Origin: a candidate division FCPU426 bacterium
GTDB taxonomy: Bacteria; Oederibacteriota; Muellerivitia; Muellerivitales; Muellerivitaceae
Assembly (NCBI GenBank): GCA_963847625.1
Contig: CAWKAR010000034.1
Location: 32,001 to 96,000, forward strand
Direction: 5' to 3'
DNA: 64,000 nucleotides
In this document: piece by piece, positions 55,921 through 64,000 of the stretch
Layout: each line of letters begins with the position of its first letter
Numbering within the stretch: the first letter of the stretch is position 1
Notes under the pieces: generated by a model
Told to the model about the DNA's origin: nothing
Database searches by the model: none
What the model saw: the letters and a program-made list of their open reading frames with translations, nothing else
Translations under genes and position numbers: made by a program

Positions 55921-56536
55921 CTATTTCTCCGCGATATGGGCTTTTACCGGATACATCAGAATCGTCCTGCTCCCAAGGTGTTTTAAACCATTTTCAGCAA
56001 ACATTTGCCCGAACTCACGGATACTGTATTGCTTTACATGCCCTTTATCGTATTTGGCCCCTATCCGATCGAACCATTTCATGGCAAAGTCATCCGGGGT
56101 TGCATCCAATATGAAAAATTTTCCTTTTGGTTTTAAAGCCCGGCGCACCTCGGAGAGGGCTTTGCCGGGATTTAAATAATGATGGAATGAAAAAGTGCAA
56201 ATAACGTTGTCAAAAGAGTCGTTATCCAGGGGAAGGGCCTCCACACTGGCCACATGAAAGTGAATGTTCGCGAGCCCTTTTGAGTTCGAAACGGCCTTTT
56301 CTATCATTTTTCCGGAAATGTCGACACCGGCAAAAAGTCCCTGCCCCTCCAGCAACGTGGCAACGCGGCAAACGGCCCAACCGGTTCCGCAGCCTAAATC
56401 CAGGAATGCCGTGCCTTTGCGGGGATCCAAGAGGGAAAGAACCCATTTTGGAAATACCGGAAGGCAAAACCCAAATGGTCAAAATGGCCGGCCCAGCGGT
56501 CGAACTTTTCCTATCGTGCGCGTTGTAAGTTTCCAT
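55921..56536 (-). CDS. Class I SAM-dependent methyltransferase, two apparent 1-bp deletions near the 5' end
   Basis: LDLGCGTG, GVDIS, FSFHH; adding A at two A4 runs gives METYNAHDRKKFDRWAGHFD..KWVLSLLDP. Confidence 0.85.
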
Positions 56537-56749
56537 TAAATTCCTCGTTAAGCTTGAGGGATTACCTCTTCATAACCAAATATTTGGAGTTAGGCCAAGT
56601 ATCCATTTTTTTCTGTCCAACCTGGTTTCCCGGATTGGACGATTTTTGAAGCAGTCGTTTTGAGGTAATTCACAAATAAGTTCGACATTATCCCATAGTT
56701 GGAATGAAACCAACAACTCCGGGAATAACCTATTCAAAACGTTACTGTT

Positions 56750-57472
56750 TCAAGCCGACAAGATTCCGGTTTCGACGGAATTTTGAAGAACCCCGTCCCG
56801 TAGGATCACTTGCCGGTCCGCCAACTGCGCTAGTTGCGGATTGTGCGTGACCATGATGATGGTGATTCCATCCTCTTGGTTCAGGGTCTTGAGAAGGTTC
56901 CCGATTTCGGCGCTGCGCTTCATATCCAGGTTGCCCGTCGGCTCGTCGGCCAGCAAAATCTCGGGCTTATTCACCAGGGCCCGCGCCACCGCCACCCTCT
57001 GCATTTCGCCGCCCGAAAGCTGTCCCGGCAAATGGTGGATGCGGTGTTCCAACCCGAGCCGTTGAAGGATACCCATAACATCCCCGCTCAAAGAAGCCTT
57101 TTTATAAAAGGTGAAAGGAAGCAGGGTGTTCTCCAGGACCGTCAGGGTCGGGATCAGGTAAAAACTCTGGAATATGTAGCCGAAATATTTCCTTCGGATG
57201 GCGGTCAATTTGGATTCCGAGAGGGGTATCTTTTGTTCGTCGAATAATTTCTCCCGGCCCACGGTCAGCCTCCCTGAGGTCGGGTTGTCCAGGCACCCCA
57301 GGATGTTGACCAGCGTGGTCTTGCCCGAACCGGAAGGCCCTACAAAAGAAACAAACTCCCCCTTCCTGATTTCCAGGGAAACGTGGTTGAGGGCCAGGAC
57401 TTCCTCGCTGCCGCGCCGGTATTTTTTCACGATGTCTTCCGCCTGGATGACGGTTTCATTTTGGGCACTCAT
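56750..57472 (-). CDS. ABC transporter ATP-binding protein (LolD/MacB type)
   Basis: GPSGSGKTT, LSGGEMQRVAVARA, LADEPTGNLD. Confidence 0.95.
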   Translation of the reverse strand: MSAQNETVIQAEDIVKKYRRGSEEVLALNHVSLEIRKGEFVSFVGPSGSGKTTLVNILGCLDNPTSGRLTVGREKLFDEQKIPLSESKLTAIRRKYFGYIFQSFYLIPTLTVLENTLLPFTFYKKASLSGDVMGILQRLGLEHRIHHLPGQLSGGEMQRVAVARALVNKPEILLADEPTGNLDMKRSAEIGNLLKTLNQEDGITIIMVTHNPQLAQLADRQVILRDGVLQNSVETGILSA

Positions 57473-58662
57473 GAGTTCCCTCCCGCTTGGATGGCCTCGA
57501 TGGGCCTGATGCGCGCCGCCTTCCAGGCCGGGTAAATCCCGCTGACGAGCCCGACGGCCAAAATGAGGCCCAGCCCGGTGAGCGCCAGCAGGGGGCTGAT
57601 CTGGATCATGGAGCCGGTGGGCGCGTAAGGCAGGATATTCCGGATGGCCAGGTCCGTTCCCTTTTCCAGGGCAAGGGCCAGCAAGTTGCCTAGGACGCCC
57701 CCGGCCAGGCAAAGGAACAGGGTTTCCAACAGGACCAGTTTGAAAATGTCCCAGGGCATGGCGCCCATGCTCTTGAGGATGCCGATCTCCTTGTACCTCT
57801 CGAAAACCGACATGATGATGGTGTTGATGACCCCGATCATGGCGATGAGGATGGCGATCACCGCGATGGAGAAGACCATGATCCTGGCCGTGCCCACCAG
57901 GTTGATGATGGTGTCCTTCACCTGCGCCATGGAAACCACCTGCACGTCCGGCAGGTTGTAGAGCCGGTCCTCCAGCTTCTGGGAGTCCAGGCCTTTCCTG
58001 ATCCTCACCCCCACGCCCGTCAACAGCCCGGCCTTCCCGAAGATTTTCTGGACGGTGCCCAGGGGGAGGAAGATCGTCCCGTCGTCCTGGGTGCCGGTGC
58101 GCTGGAGGACGCCGACGATCTTGATTTTGTCCTTTTTCCCCGGGATGAGGATCATGTCGCCGACCTCCCTTTGCTCGAGTTCGGCGGCCTCATAGCCCAT
58201 GACCGCTTCCTCGGCCCCCGTGTCCTTGAACCAGGAGCCCTCCACGAATTTGAGGTAGGCCTTCATGTCCGGGAAGGTTTTCGGGTCCACCCCCAGGTAG
58301 GGCGTGATGCCGCCGCTTTCCCCCTTGTTGGGGTCGAAGACCGCCTGCATGAGCATGGGGGTCGTTCCCTCGACCTCCTTGTTTTGCAGGATCTTCCCCA
58401 CCATTTTCTCGCTGATGTAACGCAGGCCCGTCCCGCCCTTGAGCATCAGGGTGGCGGCCTCATAGGGGCATCCCTTGGCGGCCACCAATATCTGGAACCC
58501 CATATTGTCGATGTCCCTGTTCAAGGCGGATTCATACCCCCGGTTGAATCCGTTCAGGCTCACCAGCACCCAGGTGGAGAGGGCGATGCCGGTCACGGTG
58601 AGGAAGGTCCGGGTCTTCTTGCGAAGCAGGTTCCTGGAAGCCACTTGCGCGATGTTAAGCAT
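57469..58662 (-). CDS. ABC transporter permease (MacB/FtsX type)
   Basis: RNLLR..RTFLT, large periplasmic loop, ERYKEIGILKSMGA, YPAWKAA. Confidence 0.93.
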   Translation of the reverse strand: MLNIAQVASRNLLRKKTRTFLTVTGIALSTWVLVSLNGFNRGYESALNRDIDNMGFQILVAAKGCPYEAATLMLKGGTGLRYISEKMVGKILQNKEVEGTTPMLMQAVFDPNKGESGGITPYLGVDPKTFPDMKAYLKFVEGSWFKDTGAEEAVMGYEAAELEQREVGDMILIPGKKDKIKIVGVLQRTGTQDDGTIFLPLGTVQKIFGKAGLLTGVGVRIRKGLDSQKLEDRLYNLPDVQVVSMAQVKDTIINLVGTARIMVFSIAVIAILIAMIGVINTIIMSVFERYKEIGILKSMGAMPWDIFKLVLLETLFLCLAGGVLGNLLALALEKGTDLAIRNILPYAPTGSMIQISPLLALTGLGLILAVGLVSGIYPAWKAARIRPIEAIQAGGNS

Positions 58663-58664
58663 GG

Positions 58665-59309
58665 TTAATTTCCTTTCCGGGCCCCGGAGGGCCCCTGGGA
58701 GTGGTAAATGAACTCGTCCATGAGGATCAGGTTTTTCTTCACGGCCCGCAGGATGGCGGCAAAATCCCCCGGCCCGCAGGGGTCGGGGTTCTTCAACAAA
58801 GGCGGGTTCTCAAGTCCCGTGAATTTTCCCGCCGCAATGTCGTAATGGGAAAATTCCTTGAGGGACAAGCCTGTGAATTGCCGGCCGAATTCCTCGGCCC
58901 TGAACCTGCTTGACCCTTCCGAGGTTAATTTTTGGATGTAGAAGGCCGTGATCACGCCCTCCCTGGTCAGGGACAGGAAGACCTGGATTCCGCCGTATTC
59001 GCCCTTCTGGTTCACCCCGTGGATGTACCCGGCGATCTCCTTGCCCTTGTGGATCTCATAGATGGTGTAAGGCACCTCCGCCGTCTCGTAGAGCCCCTTG
59101 AACTTCTCCCCCAGGCGCTCCTCCACGCGGTCAAGGAGCGCGTCCCCGCCGCTTTCCCGGATGGACATATAGAGGGTTTTGTACCCGGTGGAGTCCGGGA
59201 ACAGCCGTTTCACGTCCCGGTCCGGGTCGTTGAGGTCGCACCCCACCGCCCCCCAAAGCCGCCCGGTAAGTAACACGAAGAAAGCCAGGAAAAACAAATG
59301 TGTTTTCAT
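58665..59309 (-). CDS. Exported FMN-binding-domain-like protein
   Basis: Signal peptide; KGEYGGIQV..F.RQFTG similar to RnfG/NosR-type FMN-binding folds. Confidence 0.6.
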   Translation of the reverse strand: MKTHLFFLAFFVLLTGRLWGAVGCDLNDPDRDVKRLFPDSTGYKTLYMSIRESGGDALLDRVEERLGEKFKGLYETAEVPYTIYEIHKGKEIAGYIHGVNQKGEYGGIQVFLSLTREGVITAFYIQKLTSEGSSRFRAEEFGRQFTGLSLKEFSHYDIAAGKFTGLENPPLLKNPDPCGPGDFAAILRAVKKNLILMDEFIYHSQGPSGARKGN

Positions 59310-60287
59310 AGGAAAAGCCTCCGGTACAGGTAAATTTGCCCGACGATGTTGTTGAAGTTCCCGCGCGAGTCGTAGGCATCCATGGCCCGCAGGGTGAAGG
59401 AGTCGTTGAGGACGAAGGTGATCCCCCCGTAAACCTTGAGGCCGTCCGGTTGTCCCTGTTGATTCAGGTAAACCGGCTGGACCTCCAGCTTGAGCTTGTT
59501 CTCCTCCAGCAAATTGACGCCCGCCCTGAACAGCGCCCCGGAGGTGAAGAGGCCGTCCCTGCCGCCGCCCACCGCCTCCAGCTTGAACTCGTAGTTCAGC
59601 CAGTTGAAACCGGCGTCCACCCCGGCCAGTTCCCGCTCGATCCGGGCTCCTCCCATTTGTTGGTAACCCATGATGTCCAGAACGCTTCCCTTGGAAAGGC
59701 TCAAGCCCGCGGTGAAATTGTCCCTTTCCAGGACGCCGAGGGAAAACCTCAAGTCGGCCAGGTAACCGCCGTTTTCGATCAAGGGCATGCCCGACCCGGT
59801 CGTGAGGGAAAAACTGAAATCCCCGTCCGCGAAGGGTTTGTAGAATCCCGCGCCCCAATCCCGGTCGAAGCCGAAGCCCTCCATGTCCAGGGTTTGCAAA
59901 AGCGCCCCATGGGTGTCGAGAGAGGAGGAAAGCCCGAAGGCGGGGCGGTCATGGCCGATCCACAAGGTCCGCCCACGGGAATTTCCCCTTGAGGTAGGCG
60001 TTGTAGAGTTGGGGTTGGACGGAACCCAGGCCGTCATAGGCCAGCCGAGCCTGGATCGCCGCCACCCCCCAGTCCCCGCTTTCCGAACTGAGGCGCTGGA
60101 GATAGTCGAGGCCCACCGAGGGCTTTTGCATGGGGTCCTCGGGGTCCTGGGAATAATAGACGGCTTGCCGGCTTTGGCCGGAGTAACCGGCCACGCCCTG
60201 CCCCTCCAGGCACAAGAGCGATTCGGCCCCCTGGGTCGCGGAAACCAGGAGGCTTAACCCCAGTAGGATTCCTGCCCGCTTAAACAT
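59306..60287 (-). CDS. Probable outer-membrane porin, split by a +1 frameshift near 59965
   Basis: Signal-peptide ORF 59949-60287 joins ORF 59306-60037 as YNAYLKGKFPWADLWIGHDRPAFG; ends YRRLFL. Confidence 0.7.
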
Positions 60288-60702
60288 CGAAGTTGATGAC
60301 GCCGGTGAAGAAGGCCTTCTTTTTCTTTTCCACCCCCACCGTCACTTGCCACTTCCCCGGCATGGTGACGTTGACGGGCAGGAGGAAATCCTTCTTCTTG
60401 TTCTGGACGAACTTCACCTTCCCCGAATCGGAATCGTGCATCTCGGGCATTTCGGAAATGCCGGTCAAGGAGATGCCGTCCACGGGGTTTCCGTCCGGGT
60501 CGGTCACTTTCACCTTGAGGATGACCATTCCCATGGCCGGGTGGGCGTTGAAGCTGTAGGTCAGCGTGAGGCCCATGCCAATGGCGGTTTTCGTCCCCGG
60601 CTTGCCGAGGTCTAAAGCCCCCGCGCCGGCCGGGACGTTGGACGCGAGAACTAGTAAAAACACCGGCAAGAGGACCATTAATAATTTTTTTAGGTTTTTC
60701 AT
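60280..60702 (-). CDS. YtkA/FixH-like exported Ig-fold protein
   Basis: Signal peptide, MPEMH, MPGKWQV; AAGGAG RBS. Confidence 0.8.
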   Translation of the reverse strand: MKNLKKLLMVLLPVFLLVLASNVPAGAGALDLGKPGTKTAIGMGLTLTYSFNAHPAMGMVILKVKVTDPDGNPVDGISLTGISEMPEMHDSDSGKVKFVQNKKKDFLLPVNVTMPGKWQVTVGVEKKKKAFFTGVINFDV

Positions 60703-60782
60703 GATTCCACTCCTTTTGAGCGCAAAAGCTCGATTAAACGGAAGCCTAATGGCTTTCGCTGGACGGCCTCAAAAGGGATGGA

Positions 60783-61133
60783 TCAGATTCTTAAGACAGG
60801 GGGGCTTCGCGGGGGGGAAACAGCCGCAGGGACAACTTTGCCGACAGGGGCGGCCGCCAAAAATGGCGGTTGAAAAATTTTTACCGCGATCACGGCGGGA
60901 GCCGTAACCGGCGGATGAACGGCCGAGGGCGAAACCGTCGATTGGTTCATGATTTTGCACCAGGGGCTTCTCGGCGGTTTGGAGGTCTGGCAGCATTTCA
61001 TGGGGCAGGCAGGCTTCATGGGGCAGGTTTTCATGGAAGCCGATCCCTGTTGGCACGCGGAACAGGGCGTCAAGGCCGCAAGGACGCCCAGCACCAAAAC
61101 CATTCGATACATGATTGAAAAAAACTTATTCAT
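60783..61133 (-). CDS. Cys-rich DUF2946-like protein ending in RSPP
   Basis: Hydrophobic N-terminus, CSAC, CPM twice, CC, Pro-rich spacer, PPRSPPVLRI. Confidence 0.7.
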   Translation of the reverse strand: MNKFFSIMYRMVLVLGVLAALTPCSACQQGSASMKTCPMKPACPMKCCQTSKPPRSPWCKIMNQSTVSPSAVHPPVTAPAVIAVKIFQPPFLAAAPVGKVVPAAVSPPRSPPVLRI

Positions 61134-61139
61134 GATTGA

Positions 61140-61168
61140 ATACTACGACCTTTTCCCGGAAATCTCAA
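61140..61168 (-). promoter_or_regulatory. sigma70-type promoter, leaderless
   Basis: TTGAGA-17 nt-TAGTAT, 6 nt before ATG 61133. Confidence 0.6.
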
Positions 61169-61539
61169 TTGGGCCTCTTATGGAATAAGTTTATTTTGGA
61201 GGAACCCAGTTACCAAGGGATACGATCAAGGCCGGATAAAAGCGGTTGTTTTACTTGGTTTGCGGATATTCGCTTAAAAACCGGGCCCTTTTTGGGAGGA
61301 TTTGTTTGATGATGGATCGTTATTTTGGACGAATGGCGAACAGGTAAAATGCAATCCCTGTAGTGGGATGTTTTAACAAAAAATACCGTAAATACTATCG
61401 TCCATCCCACTGCTCCTCGCTGTGCCGATTCGCCATTAAGATAGAAATTGAAATCGGCACAATACCAATCTCTTTATAAGCTTCATGGAAGATTGGCGTG
61501 TGGCGCGAGGAGTTCCACGTCGTGGACAACAAATTCCAT

Positions 61540-62094
61540 TTAGCGGGAAGGCCGGCGGTCTTTCTTTAAAACCGCGAACAGGAAGGAATCCCTCCAGCGG
61601 CCTTTTTGCCGAAGGTTTTCCCGCAAGCGCCCCTCGTACCGCATTCCGGCTTTTTGCAGGACGCGAGCCGAGGCCTTGTTCCTGGGGTAACAGGTGGCCT
61701 TAATGCGGTGGAGTTTTAATTTGGAAAAACCGAAACGGACCAGGGCTCTCGCGGCCTCGGTGGCATAACCTTTATTCCAATAGCGTCGGTTGAAGCAGTA
61801 GCCAATATCCGCTTCCCCAAACTCCAGGTTCCTTATCCTGATGCCGCAGCCGCCGATGAGACGGTCCCCGCTTTTCAAGTGGACGGCCAACTCGTATTGC
61901 GTCCTCGGCTTTTCCTTGCGGTCCTTTTTGTGGAGCTTCAAAAAAGACTTGGTTTGCCCGGGCCGGTTGGGCCCCCAGGGCAGATAACGGACCACGATCG
62001 GATCGGAAGCGTATTGTTGGATTTCTTTCCAATCTCCTTTTTCAAATTCGCGCAGGACCAGCCGGCGGGTTTCAATCGGCGGGAATTTTTTCAT
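61540..62094 (-). CDS. RimJ/RimL-family GNAT acetyltransferase
   Basis: IETRRLVLRE, IGYCF..YWNKGYATEA, N.ASARVLQKAGM. Confidence 0.93.
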   Translation of the reverse strand: MKKFPPIETRRLVLREFEKGDWKEIQQYASDPIVVRYLPWGPNRPGQTKSFLKLHKKDRKEKPRTQYELAVHLKSGDRLIGGCGIRIRNLEFGEADIGYCFNRRYWNKGYATEAARALVRFGFSKLKLHRIKATCYPRNKASARVLQKAGMRYEGRLRENLRQKGRWRDSFLFAVLKKDRRPSR

Positions 62095-62128
62095 GACAGG
62101 GCCACCCATATTCTTGAATCAAAAAAAC

Positions 62129-62710
62129 TTATGGACAGGGAATCTTCGGCCAGGCGCCCAAGTCGGGCCAGGGTTCTTTCAGGAGGCGCTCCACCAGCTT
62201 GGCCGGATCCGCTTCCATCACCAGGGTCTCGATCACCGGCCCGTAGACGAATTCTTCCTCGACGGACTTTTCCAGGAAGGAAAAGAGGGTGTCGTAATAC
62301 CCATCCACGTTTAAAAAACCGACCGGTTTGGCGTGAAGGCGCAATTGGTTCCAGGTGACGACCTCCATCACCTCGTCCAAAGTGCCGAATCCCCCGGGCA
62401 GGGCGATGAACGCGTCGGATAATTCCGCCATCTTGGCCTTGCGCTCATGCATGTTCTTGACGATGTGCAACTCGGCCAAACCCGAGTGGGCCACTTCCAG
62501 AGTCCGGAGGGGATCAGGCAGGACGCCGACCACTTTCCCTCCCCCGGCCAAGGCCGCGTCGGCGAGAACCCCCATCAGGCCGGTTTTCGACCCCCCGTAA
62601 ACCAGGGTGAGCCCCTTTTGGGCCAGGACTCTTCCCAATTGCTTGGCCGATTCGGCGTAGAGAGGCCTCTTGCCGAGGCTGGAGCCGCAAAAAACGCAGA
62701 TGGATTTCAA
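62129..62710 (-). CDS. LOG-family protein
   Basis: CVFCGS, LVYGG..GLMG, MHERK, ALPGGFGTLDE. Confidence 0.95.
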   Translation of the reverse strand: MKSICVFCGSSLGKRPLYAESAKQLGRVLAQKGLTLVYGGSKTGLMGVLADAALAGGGKVVGVLPDPLRTLEVAHSGLAELHIVKNMHERKAKMAELSDAFIALPGGFGTLDEVMEVVTWNQLRLHAKPVGFLNVDGYYDTLFSFLEKSVEEEFVYGPVIETLVMEADPAKLVERLLKEPWPDLGAWPKIPCP

Positions 62711-62728
62711 AGGAGGTCCTTTTCCATG

Positions 62729-63028
62729 TTAAAACTTCCCCGGTTCTTTCTCGACAATTTGGACCTCGAAATCCAGCGTTTCGCGGTTGATGGCCGCCTT
62801 GGCGGTGAAAGGATGGCCGTTTTTCCAGGCCCGGGTGAGGTCGGGCGACTGCTTCATCATGCCGTCCAGGAAAAAGTCCAACTGCTTGTTGGCGAAAGCC
62901 TCGACCTTCTCCAGGGTTTTTTCCCCGTTCGGCTTGGAGGCGAAATACATGATGACGTTCTTGCGGATGATTTTTTCAAGCTGGGTGAGCATGCCTTTTG
63001 TGGGTTCCATATGGGGGACATCATACAA
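62729..63028 (-). CDS. Hypothetical protein
   Basis: Co-oriented ORF with codon usage like its neighbours; start uncertain. Confidence 0.55.
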   Translation of the reverse strand: MYDVPHMEPTKGMLTQLEKIIRKNVIMYFASKPNGEKTLEKVEAFANKQLDFFLDGMMKQSPDLTRAWKNGHPFTAKAAINRETLDFEVQIVEKEPGKF

Positions 63029-63316
63029 TTATCATTAAAAAACAAAGCACTTTTTAGTACGGGAAGATTCTTCAGGAAAATGCGGATTTAAAGGGGTTTA
63101 CAGGCCAACTGTATTTAACTTAATTACGAGCCACTCCCCATTGCGTAATCGGGGCTTGATTTATTTATGTTAAATAAAAATTGGAAGAATAGGCGTTCGT
63201 TGGTTTTACCTGGGTGTGGTTTTATTTAATGATTTTAAAAGTTCTAACTTCTAATTTCCCAACTCCTAACTTTGATTTTTGGGGTTGGGCTCTTGGACCC
63301 GCCCCTTTGTTACCGG

Positions 63317-64000
63317 CTATTCAATGGTGCCCAAGTCCTGGCGGGTGCTGTCCTCATAAAAGTCGTAACAGTTGTCCCTCTTCCCCTTGTCCGCCCGCCA
63401 CTTCATGGCGTCGCGCGGGTGCTGGTTGAGCAGTCCCGAAATGCCGTAAATGTCGTTATAGCCCCACTCGATTTCCTTCCGGAGCGGGGCGAATTGCTCC
63501 TGAATGACCTTGTAAATGGGCTGGACGTCGAACTTGGGGTTCTGGAGGAATCCCAGCAAAAGTTCCAGGGGGCAATTGCCCGCGCCCCGGCCCATGCCGT
63601 TGATGGTGGCGTCGAGTATGTTCACCCCCTCGATGATGCACTGCTGGGTGTTGGCGTAAGCCAATTGGATGTTGTTGTGGCCGTGAAAACCCAGTTTTTC
63701 GATGGGCACGTATTTTTTGTAGAGGTTCAAGTAATAGGTGACCTGCTCGGAGTAAAACGCCCCGTAACTGTCCACCAAATAAAGATGGTCCACCTCGGGC
63801 ACCTTGGACACGTCCTCGAGCCCCTCGATGAGTTCCGTCTCGATGGCCGCCGACACCGCCATGATGTTGAGCGAGGTATGGTAGCCCTTGTCCTTGGAGC
63901 GTTTGACCGCGTCCAGCGCCTTGTCGATCTGCGGCACGTAGCAGGCCGTGCGGATCATGTCCACGGGGCTTTCTTTCTTATTCTTGAGCCCGTTCAGGTC
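63317..64000 (-). CDS. HMGL-like/DRE-TIM aldolase-domain protein, 5' partial
   Basis: YLVDSYG, GFHGHNN, GMGRGAGNCPLE; open to the window edge. Confidence 0.88.
   Translation of the reverse strand, partial: DLNGLKNKKESPVDMIRTACYVPQIDKALDAVKRSKDKGYHTSLNIMAVSAAIETELIEGLEDVSKVPEVDHLYLVDSYGAFYSEQVTYYLNLYKKYVPIEKLGFHGHNNIQLAYANTQQCIIEGVNILDATINGMGRGAGNCPLELLLGFLQNPKFDVQPIYKVIQEQFAPLRKEIEWGYNDIYGISGLLNQHPRDAMKWRADKGKRDNCYDFYEDSTRQDLGTIE

Overview
64 kb of bacterial chromosome, mostly coded on the minus strand, from a diderm with lipid A and core genes (lpxB, lpxK, waaA, five GT9 paralogs). No rRNA, tRNA, CRISPR array or transposase was found. It holds three giant Thr/Pro-stalk exoproteins (one a GH5 glycoside hydrolase) with YPNP-type T9SS-like C-terminal domains, a divergent K+-independent membrane pyrophosphatase, a yezD-metY-cysK-metX-metW sulfur amino-acid operon, bioB, two GT-C-like membrane proteins, an LPS cluster with ilvE inside it, hisI-trpE-trpG and a probable metal-handling operon. 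The exoprotein style recalls uncultured FCPU426/Goldbacteria-like lineages (inference only). Three regulatory candidates stand out. (1) Two copies of one structured leader RNA, each with its own terminator and antiterminator, lie between a sigma70 promoter and the sulfur operon: a candidate tandem riboswitch with SAM-II/V-like core words. (2) A 19-aa two-Trp uORF, coupled to the hisI stop, lies in a hairpin that can mask the trpE ribosome-binding site. (3) A leaderless Cys-rich ORF ending in RSPP heads the metal operon and may be a ribosome-arrest sensor. Single-base frameshifts in three genes and a 22-bp repeat at the window edge suggest unpolished long-read sequence.
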